Below, piece after piece: positions 1-8,570 of a stretch of DNA of 51,059 bases. The notes beneath the pieces are model-generated. The model saw only the letters and a program-made list of their open reading frames with translations, did not search any database and was not told where the DNA came from. Position numbers and translations under genes: made by a program. Within the stretch, counting starts at the first letter, position 1, and every line of letters starts with the position of its first letter. Origin of the DNA: a virus; IMG/VR virus record IMGVR_UViG_3300028578_000001, one strand, 5' to 3'.

Positions 1-127
1 TTGGCACTGTAGCGCACGGCGTGCCTCGCCAGCCGCATGGCGCTGGCGGCTATGTCCGGGATGGCTCTAACCGCAGCGTAGAGGGCGCGATGCAGTGGAT
101 CTGGAAACGGCTCGCCGAAGCGGTCGT
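1..127. repeat. Terminal direct repeat (circular-assembly overlap)
   Basis: nt 1-127 are identical to nt 50933-51059; unique sequence 50932 bp. Confidence 0.95.
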
Positions 128-167
128 GCTCGTAGATCATCTGATCGCCGATGCTGCGAAGGCTCAT
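1..167 (-). CDS. 5' end of junction-spanning hypothetical gene (same gene as 50623..51059)
   Basis: ATG at 167 with GAGGA upstream; open and in frame (129 nt) with the Met at nt 38 (=50970). Confidence 0.5.
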   Translation of the reverse strand, partial: MSLRSIGDQMIYEHDRFGEPFPDPLHRALYAAVRAIPDIAASAMRLARHAVRYSA

Positions 168-297
168 GCCGCCACATCCTCGCCGATGCAGAGCTGCCGG
201 CGGGCCACGCGCACGCGCTCAACGTGCTGCTGGTCGACGATTAGCTTGATGCCGCGGGGGTGGAAGGTAATGGCCGGGTTTTCAGAGACCCGCGCCG

Positions 298-378
298 CGC
301 GAGGATCGAAGCGCGAAGCGTCGAGACCCGCAGGGGCTCGGCCCGAAGGGCGAGAGCCGTGCCGAAGGCCGCGCCCAG
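298..378 (+). repeat. GC-rich two-hairpin repeat, copy 1
   Basis: CGCGAGGATCGAAGC..CGAGACC-loop-GGGCTCG..CGAGAGCC-hairpin-CGCCCAG; aligns with the six other copies listed. Confidence 0.7.
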
Positions 379-417
379 ACTCTACCGGCACATCTCCTAT
401 GGTAGGGAGAGGGGAGG

Positions 418-516
418 TCATGACGACTTCCCGATGCGATAGCCGAACAGGAAGCCGAGTACGGCCGCTGCCGTGGCGGCGATGCAAAACAGCATCCAAG
501 GGTCAAGGTCAGCCAT
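418..516 (-). CDS. Small membrane protein (32 aa), not in ORF track
   Basis: ATG 516 shares TGATG with the upstream stop; hydrophobic MADLDPWMLFCIAATAAAVLGFLFGY. Confidence 0.35.
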   Translation of the reverse strand: MADLDPWMLFCIAATAAAVLGFLFGYRIGKSS

Positions 517-695
517 CACTCGGTCTCCCTCTCGGGATGGGGTGGATCGGTTTCGACCTCTTTGGCGGGCTTGATTTCGATGCCGATGTACAGGCCAGCA
601 ACCGGGGCCAGCGCGAGAATGCGCGTTACGAGATTGCCGATCTCAGTAGCCGCCTCCGATGCTGTAGGCGCGCGTCCGTAAAGCTTGTCCGTCAC
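516..695 (-). CDS. Small membrane protein (59 aa), not in ORF track
   Basis: GTG 695 in GTGA overlap with stop of 692..1096; one hydrophobic segment ILALAPVAGLYIGI. Confidence 0.4.
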   Translation of the reverse strand: MTDKLYGRAPTASEAATEIGNLVTRILALAPVAGLYIGIEIKPAKEVETDPPHPERETE

Positions 696-1096
696 TTCAT
701 CTCTCCCTGAGCTGCGAGGGCGCGTAGAGAGACGGCGACAATGAAGCGGGGAAGCGCCTTTTTGATGTGGCCGCCGTCGTCTTTGAACTCGACAAAATAG
801 CGAGCAGCAATGGCAAGCGCTTCTAGGAGGATTGCGACTGCATCCTCGCCCGCCAGCGACATCGCGGCGTCGAGAGATCGGAGGTAGCGAGGTACAGACG
901 GAGTGCCGTAGCCGCCGACCCCATCGCCGCTAATGTAGCCGGTGACAGAGCCGCGAGCGACACGTGCATCTTGTGGCGTCCGCCCCGCCGCTTGCGCTAC
1001 CGCCAGTTCAAGCGACATCTCGTCGGCTCGATTGTCCAGCGAGAGACGTGGATCATACGCCTCCACCCTCTCGGCAAGGTCCAGAAGGGCGTTCAT
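692..1096 (-). CDS. Hypothetical protein (134 aa)
   Basis: ORF 692..1219 trimmed to ATG 1096, which forms an ATGA overlap with the stop of 1093..1320. Confidence 0.6.
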   Translation of the reverse strand: MNALLDLAERVEAYDPRLSLDNRADEMSLELAVAQAAGRTPQDARVARGSVTGYISGDGVGGYGTPSVPRYLRSLDAAMSLAGEDAVAILLEALAIAARYFVEFKDDGGHIKKALPRFIVAVSLRALAAQGEMK

Positions 1097-1320
1097 GACG
1101 GCCTCTCCGCGAGAAACAGGGCTTGCCGAACTTGAAGCCCTAGCTGCGTCAAAAGGCTGGACCTCGGCTTCTGGAGGCCGTTTCGCTGGAGTGACGCAAG
1201 TTGCTTGGGCGCGCGCCATCCACCCCGACCGTAGAAGGCGTCCCGGAGCGCGGCCTTCGCGACCGGCGGCAACTTTAGCGCAATCTGACGCGCGATTGCG
1301 GCTTCCCTGAGGGCGTTCAT
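1093..1320 (-). CDS. Hypothetical protein (75 aa)
   Basis: ORF track; ATGA overlaps at both ends. Confidence 0.55.
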   Translation of the reverse strand: MNALREAAIARQIALKLPPVAKAALRDAFYGRGGWRAPKQLASLQRNGLQKPRSSLLTQLGLQVRQALFLAERPS

Positions 1321-1466
1321 TGGGACCTCGCTTTTTCGAGAGCGGCGCGGGCGCGGTCGATCACGTCGTCGAGACGCGGATCAACCCCCTTGCTCAGCAG
1401 CGCGATGCCGGACTCCAGCGCCTCATAGAGATCGCCGAGAGCTTCGGGGTTGAGGGGGCGGGTCAT
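1317..1466 (-). CDS. Hypothetical protein (49 aa), not in ORF track
   Basis: ATG 1466 overlaps stop of 1463..1666 (ATGA); ends in ATGA overlap with 1320 start; MTRPLNPEALGDLYEAL... Confidence 0.5.
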   Translation of the reverse strand: MTRPLNPEALGDLYEALESGIALLSKGVDPRLDDVIDRARAALEKARSQ

Positions 1467-1666
1467 TTAGGACCATCCTTCCACCAGTCTCCGAAGCTTG
1501 TGCGACAATCTCCACACAAGTCCTTCTCGCCGCAACCGCCGCAGAAGGAGGGAAACTCGATGGTCAGCGCTCCCCAAGCCCACCACGGCCCAGCCATGCT
1601 GTCTGCCGTGAACTGCTTGCTGCATCGGTCACAAGTTCGAGTAATGGTTATCTGCTGCTGGCTCAT
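1463..1666 (-). CDS. Cys-rich zinc-ribbon-like small protein
   Basis: CDRC..(N31)..CGGC..(N7)..CGDC pattern in 67 aa. Confidence 0.6.
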   Translation of the reverse strand: MSQQQITITRTCDRCSKQFTADSMAGPWWAWGALTIEFPSFCGGCGEKDLCGDCRTSFGDWWKDGPK

Positions 1667-2214
1667 CCTTCCCCCTCGTTCAGGATGTCGCGGACCTGTT
1701 CGCCGAGAGCCTTGGAGAGGGCGGCGTCGATTTTCTCAACGTACCCGGCGGCTGCATAGGAAAGCTCATCAACCGGCGAGTGACCGGAGCCCATGTTGTG
1801 GTCTTCAACTCGGTCCCCGCAGCAGCAGATGCCGCTCTCAATGGGGGCAGACATGAGGAAGCTGTGGACGCCGTCCAGCGCTTCGAACATGTCAGGCGCG
1901 GCGGCGATCAGGTGGGCGTTGGCCATGCCTTCTGGATCTGGTGCACCGTAAGCCTGTCCGCGCTTTGCCGTGCCCTTAAAGGAAACGGCGGCTATGCGGC
2001 CGGAATCATCCTCGTTGCGGAAGGTGACAATCCAGTCGCCGTTGTTGTCGCGGGCATAACCTTCGTGTTCTTCAAGTCGTTCGCCTGTGAGCGCGGCAAT
2101 CTTCACTACGCTGCCCATGCGCTCGAATAACCACTCCCCCTTCGTAAACCTCACCCCATCCTCAAGGGCAGCAGACTGTGGATCTGACGGGGGTGGGGTG
2201 GATGGGCGGGTCAC
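1663..2214 (-). CDS. Hypothetical protein
   Basis: ORF 1663..2286; start placed at in-frame GTG 2214 (GTGA overlap with stop of 2211..2633); start uncertain. Confidence 0.5.
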   Translation of the reverse strand: MTRPSTPPPSDPQSAALEDGVRFTKGEWLFERMGSVVKIAALTGERLEEHEGYARDNNGDWIVTFRNEDDSGRIAAVSFKGTAKRGQAYGAPDPEGMANAHLIAAAPDMFEALDGVHSFLMSAPIESGICCCGDRVEDHNMGSGHSPVDELSYAAAGYVEKIDAALSKALGEQVRDILNEGEG

Positions 2215-2633
2215 TTGCCCATGTCCTTGGGCGTCTCGGATGGCTGGGCGATAATGGTCAGCCCCGGGCAGCCATCCATGATCCATTGGCAGCCGGTGAA
2301 AGGAGCGTTGGTCCAGAACGGATGCTTGGCCGCATAAGAAATGGCGCGCATGTAGACGGATGCCGGGGACGCCAGAAAGTCGGCGCGTGTTGTTGCGGCA
2401 AGCTCGTGGATGCCAGCTTCAAATCGCTTCTTATCGGGAACAGCGATCGTGACGTCGAGCGGTAGCGAATAATCCCGACCGCAGCCGCGTTCGTCGATGC
2501 GCGCCGGAGCGTTGAGCATGGAAATAGCTGCGATCAGCGCCGTCTCCATGTCGCTCAGCGCGCCCGCGCCAGTCGATACCGACCCGTCAGGGCCAAGACC
2601 CGAAGGGGCTTGGTGCGGAGCATGATCAGCCAT
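2211..2633 (-). CDS. Hypothetical protein (140 aa)
   Basis: ORF 2211..2693 trimmed to ATG 2633, which overlaps the stop of the HNH gene. Confidence 0.55.
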   Translation of the reverse strand: MADHAPHQAPSGLGPDGSVSTGAGALSDMETALIAAISMLNAPARIDERGCGRDYSLPLDVTIAVPDKKRFEAGIHELAATTRADFLASPASVYMRAISYAAKHPFWTNAPFTGCQWIMDGCPGLTIIAQPSETPKDMGK

Positions 2634-3417
2634 TGTAGGTGTCCCCCCGAAGTAGCTGTTCAATTGCAGTCTCGGAAACGCCGACAAGTTCACCCAGCTC
2701 GCGGCGCTTCAAAGGTCGGCGAAACGCAGCCCGGACGATTTCCGCTTGTGCGTTGGTCAGCTTCGCGTGGTGCGACTTTTCGCCCGCTATCGCGGTGCCG
2801 TGCGCGATCTTCTGCGCCTCATTCTCTTGTTTCGTCACCCACGCCAGGTTGTCGGCACAATTGTTCTTCGCGTTACCGTCTAGGTGAGCACATTCCAGTC
2901 CGTCGGGGCGCGGCCCATGGAACGCTTCTGCGACCAAGAGATGGACTGAAGCGACCCGGCGGCGGCCGCCACCGTGTAAGGACACTTTGAGGTAGCCCTT
3001 GACCTCGTATGGCCGCAGGTAGGCATCGGAGTGCAGCGAGAAGACGCGGCCATCGCTATGTACCCAGTAATCGGGAAAGCCAGCGACAGAGCGCCATCCA
3101 GCATCGGCGGCGAGGCGCCCAATCTCACCCTGATCTTTGGGGGAGACAGACATGTCAGGCGGCCTCAGCGAAAGGGCGATGGGCGCGCGCCAAATCTGTT
3201 CAAGCTTGGCGAGTTCGGCTTCGGCGGCTTCCCGCGTCTCGAAGTCCCACAGGCCGCGGGTGGTTGTCCGACCCTCCATTCCTGACGAGTGGCGGAATTC
3301 AGTGAAACGCTTCGTGCGGCGGGTGACTTCCACCAGGCTGTAGCCGTCGATCGCATGTGTGCCGGGGACCAGCGCCCAAGGCCGCGTGATCGGTAAGTCG
3401 TGACGGCGGGGCCGCAT
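2626..3417 (-). CDS. HNH homing endonuclease (NUMOD4-like + HNH_3-like + C-terminal HTH)
   Basis: GFPDYWVHSDGRVFS and ECAHLDGNAKNNCADNLAWVTKQEN motifs. Confidence 0.8.
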   Translation of the reverse strand: MRPRRHDLPITRPWALVPGTHAIDGYSLVEVTRRTKRFTEFRHSSGMEGRTTTRGLWDFETREAAEAELAKLEQIWRAPIALSLRPPDMSVSPKDQGEIGRLAADAGWRSVAGFPDYWVHSDGRVFSLHSDAYLRPYEVKGYLKVSLHGGGRRRVASVHLLVAEAFHGPRPDGLECAHLDGNAKNNCADNLAWVTKQENEAQKIAHGTAIAGEKSHHAKLTNAQAEIVRAAFRRPLKRRELGELVGVSETAIEQLLRGDTYNG

Positions 3418-3443
3418 CTCTGATCTCCTGTGTACGGATGGGG

Positions 3444-4067
3444 TTAGGCGGCTTGCTTTTCTGTGATTTCGACGAGGAAGTGTTCGCGGACGGCGGGGCT
3501 CGCCTCACGCCATGCTTTGCGGAGGTTTGCGAGCTGCTTCCCGGCCGGCGAAGGAGCGTGTTGGCGGCGCTTGCCGGTCACACGGCGGACGGCGGCCTTT
3601 GTGGGCTCCTCGCCGGCTTCAATCAGCGTGTTGAGGGTTCGCCGGACGACGCCTGGATCAGCTTCCTCGGCGTCCCTGATTTGGCGGGCCTCGTGGATTT
3701 CCTTGCGTGGGATGCCGATGTCGGCAGCGGTGGGCTTAGAATTCCCATTCGGAACGTTAGGGAGATTGTCGCCAATGCGGGCAACCTCACCACGCTCCTG
3801 CGCCGCGTCGTACTCATCGGCCAGCCGCCGCTTCGCCATCGCCTCGATTTCCAGTGCGTCAGCCTGGGCGCGGTGCGCCTTCGCAATCAGCTCGTCATGC
3901 GCCCCCTTCGCCTTGGCGAGGCGAGCCGCCTTCTTCGCGGCGTCATACGCCACCGAAGCCTTGTCGCGCGCCTCCAGCACTTCGGCGGCGGATGTGGCGC
4001 TCGCGAGTTGCGAGGCCGCCTGCCGAACGAGGCTGGGGAGGGACTGAGAGGAGATGGCCGGAAGCAT
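3444..4067 (-). CDS. Hypothetical coiled-coil protein coupled to the ParB-like gene
   Basis: ORF track; TGATG overlap with upstream stop; Ala/Lys/Glu-rich helical sequence. Confidence 0.6.
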   Translation of the reverse strand: MLPAISSQSLPSLVRQAASQLASATSAAEVLEARDKASVAYDAAKKAARLAKAKGAHDELIAKAHRAQADALEIEAMAKRRLADEYDAAQERGEVARIGDNLPNVPNGNSKPTAADIGIPRKEIHEARQIRDAEEADPGVVRRTLNTLIEAGEEPTKAAVRRVTGKRRQHAPSPAGKQLANLRKAWREASPAVREHFLVEITEKQAA

Positions 4068-4930
4068 CAGACCAGCTCGGGCAGGGTGCCGAGCACCTTG
4101 GCGATGGTCAGCGTGCCGCCGCGGCGATAGGCATTCCAGCCGCGGAAGATAATCTCAGTGCGCATCTCGCGGTTACGCTGCCCGAGGTTCAGCAGCCGCT
4201 CCCGGACTGCATAGGCGGGGTCGGACCGCCGCAGGCCCTCGCCGCCGCAGACCTGCGTCATATAATCCTTAGCTTCGACGGCGCTTTCGGATGCGAAGGT
4301 ATAATAGCAAAAGCCGATGACTGCGGGTGACGCGAAAGCGCTGGAGACACGGGCGACGCTCTGCGCGAAATCCGCCGCTTCTCGCGCCAATTCGTCGGCT
4401 CGAGCGCGAGCCAGGACTTCCGCGTTCGTCACCAGATTGGAGTTCCCGATGCTGTCGTAGCCAGACCGCTCGTAAGCGATGGAAAGGCGAACAAGGCCGG
4501 CGAGAGTGGAGGCGTTTTTTTCGCCTTCCATTTGCAGATAGTCGCTCGCACGGCGAGCCGCGCCCTGATCGACCGTCGTTCGCGTGTCGCGTTCGACGCC
4601 GAACACGATCACAAGGGGGATCGTCACGTTCGCGTCGACCAGCGCGGCAAGCCGATGCTGGCCGTCGTTCAACTCGCCCGTTTTGGCGATGATGATCGGC
4701 TCGCCATTGAATGCCCACCGGCCCTTCCGCATGTCGGCGGCGAACTGAGCCATCTTGGTCGGGCGGATGTTTCGGTTGTGATCGTTCCTGGCGAGGATGA
4801 TGCCCGCCAATCCCGGCGTAACCGTGGTGGCCTCGGAGAAGACTGCCGTCTGGCCGCGCTCGATGCACTGGTTCAACCAGTGGACCGTGCCGGCTTCCGG
4901 CTTGAATAGCTTCGTGACTTGGGCTGCCAT
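4067..4930 (-). CDS. ParB N-terminal (ParB/Srx nuclease-like) domain protein
   Basis: NRNIRPTKMAQFAADMRKGRW..GELNDGQHRLAALV; start moved to ATG 4930 (GGAG upstream). Confidence 0.75.
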   Translation of the reverse strand: MAAQVTKLFKPEAGTVHWLNQCIERGQTAVFSEATTVTPGLAGIILARNDHNRNIRPTKMAQFAADMRKGRWAFNGEPIIIAKTGELNDGQHRLAALVDANVTIPLVIVFGVERDTRTTVDQGAARRASDYLQMEGEKNASTLAGLVRLSIAYERSGYDSIGNSNLVTNAEVLARARADELAREAADFAQSVARVSSAFASPAVIGFCYYTFASESAVEAKDYMTQVCGGEGLRRSDPAYAVRERLLNLGQRNREMRTEIIFRGWNAYRRGGTLTIAKVLGTLPELV

Positions 4931-4960
4931 AGCGGGCTCCACGTTCTGTGAAGCCCTACA

Positions 4961-4976
4961 TTCACACACTGTGAAG
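4961..4976. promoter_or_regulatory. Operator-like palindrome TTCAC-N5-GTGAA (O1)
   Basis: ttcacacactgtgaag between the repressor stop and the ParB-like start. Confidence 0.6.
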
Positions 4977-4996
4977 ATAGGTGTCAAGCATTATTT

Positions 4997-5012
4997 TTCA
5001 CAAAATGTGAAG
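4997..5012. promoter_or_regulatory. Operator-like palindrome TTCAC-N5-GTGAA (O2)
   Basis: ttcacaaaatgtgaag, 36 nt from O1. Confidence 0.6.
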
Positions 5013-5038
5013 CCGCGCCGCAGGGTTGTGGGAATCGG

Positions 5039-5452
5039 TTAGTTGTCGGTGCCGGTCCGGACCAGGGCGCGAACGACATCGGAGAGTTGGCGTCTTTGTC
5101 CGGCGTCGGCGTGCATCCAAATGTCGATGATGTCGCTCGGCAGCTCGCGGGGATCGTGGTCAAGTAAGTGTCCTGGTGTCGTCTCCAGGCACGGGGCCAG
5201 CTTTCGCAGCCACTTAGCAGAGAGGCCGCGTTCGCCTGCTTCTAGCATACTGATAACCGAGCCGGTCGTTCCGACCTTCTCTCCCAGCTCCTCTTGAGAC
5301 AATTTGCGGAACTCCCGCCATGCCTTGAGGTAGTTCGGACCCGCGTTCTTATCCACCTCCACAGTATGCGCGAACCGACGCGGCGGTGCCTTAGGCAAAC
5401 TGTGAAATTTCGGGCTTGCGCTAGCCTTCACAGTGTGTGAAGATAGCGCCAT
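5039..5452 (-). CDS. XRE/cI-family HTH repressor
   Basis: LSQEELGEKVGTTGSVISMLEAGERGLS HTH; start uncertain (ATG 5452 or ORF-track start 5506). Confidence 0.7.
   Translation of the reverse strand: MALSSHTVKASASPKFHSLPKAPPRRFAHTVEVDKNAGPNYLKAWREFRKLSQEELGEKVGTTGSVISMLEAGERGLSAKWLRKLAPCLETTPGHLLDHDPRELPSDIIDIWMHADAGQRRQLSDVVRALVRTGTDN
5427..5442. promoter_or_regulatory. Operator-like palindrome TTCAC-N5-GTGAA (O3)
   Basis: ttcacagtgtgtgaag; 15-nt core is the exact reverse complement of the O1 core; lies at the divergent repressor/cro-like starts. Confidence 0.6.
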
Positions 5453-5663
5453 GCAAGAAGCTCCGCTTACCCCGACGTCGCTTCGAGACGCGGCAGGCAT
5501 CAGCATCGCCTATGCCAGCATGATTTTGAGCGGCGACCGAACTCCCGCAATGCCGCTCGCCATCAACATATACCGGAAAACCGGGCGGAAGTTCGGCCCG
5601 ATCGCTCAGGCGACTGACGCCGAAATCGACATGCTCGAGAACCTTCAGGACCGCGCGGCGTGA
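5451..5663 (+). CDS. Cro-like small HTH regulator
   Basis: Divergent from the repressor; LRDAAGISIAYASMILSGDR HTH-like; ATG 5451 inside ORF 5433..5663. Confidence 0.6.
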   Translation: MQEAPLTPTSLRDAAGISIAYASMILSGDRTPAMPLAINIYRKTGRKFGPIAQATDAEIDMLENLQDRAA

Positions 5664-5962
5664 TCCCGGCCGCGCCCCTTGATGGCAACCACCTCGGCGT
5701 TCTTGGCGTCATAATCGGTGATCGCTTTCGCGGCCCTGGCCTGTTCGATCCGGAACACACGAAGCGACACCGCCCTTCTGCTTCCGTCAGGCCAGTTGAG
5801 GATGACGACTCCATCCTTGATGACGGGGGCCGCGAACGGCTCTTCCTTGTAGTCGATCGCGCCCACCGCGCGCCACTCCATACGTCGCAGTTCCCCTGCA
5901 AAGCCATAGTCCCGGCCGGCGGGGGAATATGTCGCGGCGCCGAAAATAATTCGCGGGCCCAC
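5645..5962 (-). CDS. Hypothetical protein (105 aa)
   Basis: ORF track; G/C-rich third positions; more protein-like than the overlapping + ORF 5660..6043. Confidence 0.5.
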   Translation of the reverse strand: MGPRIIFGAATYSPAGRDYGFAGELRRMEWRAVGAIDYKEEPFAAPVIKDGVVILNWPDGSRRAVSLRVFRIEQARAAKAITDYDAKNAEVVAIKGRGRDHAARS

Positions 5963-6039
5963 CCCGCTGCTCGCAACAGCGGGACACCGAAGGCGGAGAC
6001 GGGTTTCCCCCCGCTGCTCGTCTCCGCCGGAGGTGCGCT

Positions 6040-6237
6040 GTGAACGCTCCCGTTTCCCGAGGGATCGACGCCGCTGTCAAGGCGGCGGCAGTCGCAAACC
6101 GGGAGAATCGCCGGCAGGGGCTCGCCTTCGCCCGCCGCTGGCGAGAGGAGCGCCGCTACGAAGCCCTCGTCTGCGCCCAACCACGTCCAGCCATCGGCCA
6201 CATGCCGTTCCGCTTTGACGGCGGCAGTGCGGGCTGA
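6040..6237 (+). CDS. Hypothetical protein
   Basis: GTG start preceded by GGAGG. Confidence 0.45.
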   Translation: MNAPVSRGIDAAVKAAAVANRENRRQGLAFARRWREERRYEALVCAQPRPAIGHMPFRFDGGSAG

Positions 6238-6240
6238 GCC

Positions 6241-6435
6241 GTGGACCGCCTCACCCTCGCCCTGATCGGTGTCGCCGCCCTCGCCATGGTGCCTTTCGTC
6301 GTCCTCTGGATGGCGCCGCGAGCCATTGCCGCGATTCTCACCCGTCAGTCTCTCAACGATAGCTCCGACGAGCTCGCCGATACTGACCGCTTCGGATCGA
6401 CGCCCGACAAGCTCAGGCGCGGGGGAGGGCTGTAG
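6241..6435 (+). CDS. Small membrane protein
   Basis: Hydrophobic LIGVAALAMVPFVVLWMAP; abuts the next gene. Confidence 0.45.
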   Translation: MDRLTLALIGVAALAMVPFVVLWMAPRAIAAILTRQSLNDSSDELADTDRFGSTPDKLRRGGGL

Positions 6436-7227
6436 ATGAGCCGCGTCGAACAGATTGGCTCGGCAACGCTGTACCTCGGCGACTGCAGGGACATTCTCCC
6501 GTCCTTGGCACCAGTCGATGCCGCCTTCACTTCGCCCCCTTACAACCTCGGCGAGCGTCCTTGGCCCCACTTCGGCAACTGGAAACCCGGCCAGAAGTCG
6601 GGCGGACAAGGCAAGTGGAAAGGAGGCGCGGAGTCCGGCTTTGGAGCTTACTACGGCACTCACGCGGACGCAATGCCATGGCCTGAGTACGTCGCGTGGC
6701 AGCAAGCTATTCTCGCCGAGCTGTGGCGCCTGACCGCGCCCTCTGGTGTCATCTTCTACAACCACAAGCCGCGCGTGATCGGCCCGCGACTGTGGCAGCC
6801 TATCGAGCTCCTGCCGGCGGACGTGCTGCATCGACAAACCATCATCTGGGCGCGTCCGGGCGGACAGAACTTCAACCCCACAGCCTTCGTCCCGACGCAC
6901 GAATGGTTGATGATGCTCGCCCATCCCGACTTCCGCCTGAAGTCGCGCGGGGCATCCGGAGAGGGCGACGTCTGGCAGATAACGCCCGACGTCAATCCGC
7001 ACCCTGCGCCGTTTCCAGTCGAGCTTCCGCACCGCGCCCTGGCCGCCACTAACACGCAGACAGTCCTCGACCCGTTCATGGGCAGCGGAACAACCGGCGT
7101 GGCCTGCCATCTGCTCCGGCGCCGCTTCATCGGGATCGAGCTTGATGCCGCCCATTTCGACACGGCTTGCCGTCGGATCGAGGATGCTCAGCGCCAAGGC
7201 TCCCTGTTCGACGCGGAGGCGGCCTAG
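6436..7227 (+). CDS. DNA methyltransferase, beta-class, SPPY motif (possibly N4-C or N6-A)
   Basis: TSPPYNLG near N-terminus, DPFMGSGTTGVA..IGIELD near C-terminus. Confidence 0.85.
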   Translation: MSRVEQIGSATLYLGDCRDILPSLAPVDAAFTSPPYNLGERPWPHFGNWKPGQKSGGQGKWKGGAESGFGAYYGTHADAMPWPEYVAWQQAILAELWRLTAPSGVIFYNHKPRVIGPRLWQPIELLPADVLHRQTIIWARPGGQNFNPTAFVPTHEWLMMLAHPDFRLKSRGASGEGDVWQITPDVNPHPAPFPVELPHRALAATNTQTVLDPFMGSGTTGVACHLLRRRFIGIELDAAHFDTACRRIEDAQRQGSLFDAEAA

Positions 7228-7358
7228 GCCATGACCATCCCAGTCCCCTCCCTCAAGCTCCCCCACCCGATCCCCCGGACATATCCGCCTCAAAGGATCG
7301 GGAACGGAGTCTTCAACGAGCGCACGATCATACCCCTGCATAGTCCCAAGGATACGAA

Positions 7359-7838
7359 ATGACTGACCGGAATGTCCCCCACGTTCGTGCAAGAACAAAG
7401 GACGAAGTTTCCGATGCTCTTGCTACCGACTGGCTGCGTCTCGCGCCGTTAGGACAACGCATTTCTTTCGCGGCAAAGCTCGGCGTGCGGGACTCCAATA
7501 CGGTGAGCAAGGCGATCTCTGGCGAGCATCTGCCCGAAGCGCACACGATCCTCAATTCATTGGTAGTCGATCAGGCGGCTTTGTTCAACGTTTTTCAGCT
7601 TTACGGGGGCGTCTTTGTGCCGACGCAGCCCGGCGAAGTCTGCGACATGTCCTGCATCTCGCAGATGCTCCACGCGGCCACCGAATACCTCGACAGGATG
7701 AAGGACGGGCGCCGCGATCATACCGATACCGCGGCCCTTGCCAAGCTGTTCACCCCCCTCATTCCAGCCATGCTCGCCATTATCGAGGAAGCCAACGGGA
7801 CCAGGGCAGGGGCCAAGCTCCGGGCGGTGGCGGGTTAG
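7359..7838 (+). CDS. Hypothetical protein
   Basis: ORF track. Confidence 0.55.
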   Translation: MTDRNVPHVRARTKDEVSDALATDWLRLAPLGQRISFAAKLGVRDSNTVSKAISGEHLPEAHTILNSLVVDQAALFNVFQLYGGVFVPTQPGEVCDMSCISQMLHAATEYLDRMKDGRRDHTDTAALAKLFTPLIPAMLAIIEEANGTRAGAKLRAVAG

Positions 7839-8078
7839 ATGGGCGTTCCCCTGCCAGCCTTGGTCGACCGCTGCCTGCGCGAGCATCGCGAGAGGAAGAT
7901 ACGGGCGCTGGTCGATGCGCTGGAAAGCATCGCCGACAGCGGGCCGGACAACGAGCCGAAACCACAGAAGGGCTCAGACCACGACGTCCTGCTCGCCTAC
8001 GAGGACGGCTATGCCGATGCATCATACGAGCGCGCTGAAACCGCGAGGGATGCCTTGCTCGACTGGGAGGATGCATAA
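7839..8078 (+). CDS. Hypothetical acidic protein
   Basis: ORF track; contiguous with neighbours. Confidence 0.5.
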   Translation: MGVPLPALVDRCLREHRERKIRALVDALESIADSGPDNEPKPQKGSDHDVLLAYEDGYADASYERAETARDALLDWEDA

Positions 8079-8434
8079 TGCCTATCCGCCCCGAAAACCG
8101 CGCCCGCTATCCAAAGGACTGGAAGGCGATCAGTGCGCGCATCCGCGGCGATCGCGCCGGCGGACGCTGTGAATGTACCGGCGAGTGCGGCTCCGAATGC
8201 TGCCAAGGCCGGTGTGGCGCATGGAACGGCGAGATGCATCCGGTGACCTTCAGCAAGGTCGTTCTCACCGTCGCGCATCTCGATCATGTCCCGGAGAACT
8301 GCGCCGACGACAACCTAAAGGCCATGTGCCAGCGCTGCCACAATCGCTACGACGCGCCGATGCGGCGACGCGGCATTGCCGAGCGCGCCAAGGCCAAAGC
8401 GGCTGTCGGCGACATGTTCGCGGTGCCGGCATGA
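8078..8434 (+). CDS. HNH endonuclease
   Basis: YPKDWKAISARIR..RCE..VAHLDHVPENCADDNLKAMCQRCHNRYD. Confidence 0.75.
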   Translation: MPIRPENRARYPKDWKAISARIRGDRAGGRCECTGECGSECCQGRCGAWNGEMHPVTFSKVVLTVAHLDHVPENCADDNLKAMCQRCHNRYDAPMRRRGIAERAKAKAAVGDMFAVPA

Positions 8435-8570
8435 CCGATCCCTTCGCCTCCCTGCCGTGTGCGATAGTATCAGGGCGTTACGGCGCTTCGCGCCGCCGCT
8501 CTGCCGCCCCTTCGGGGCTGAGCCGCTTCGCGTCTCAGGCAAAGCCGGCTGCCGCTAACGCGGTGCGCGC

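Noticed and set aside
21-710. 229-aa + strand ORF at the window start
   Set aside because: It overlaps a chain of translationally coupled - strand genes and repeat copy 1. Its sequence is Arg/Gly/Ser-rich and has no motifs.
5563-7398. 611-aa ORF on the - strand, the longest ORF in the early region
   Set aside because: It lies antisense to the cro-like gene, the small ORFs and the well-supported methyltransferase. Its composition is Arg/Gly/Pro/Ala-rich and low-complexity, as expected for a shadow ORF in high-GC DNA. It has no recognisable motifs.
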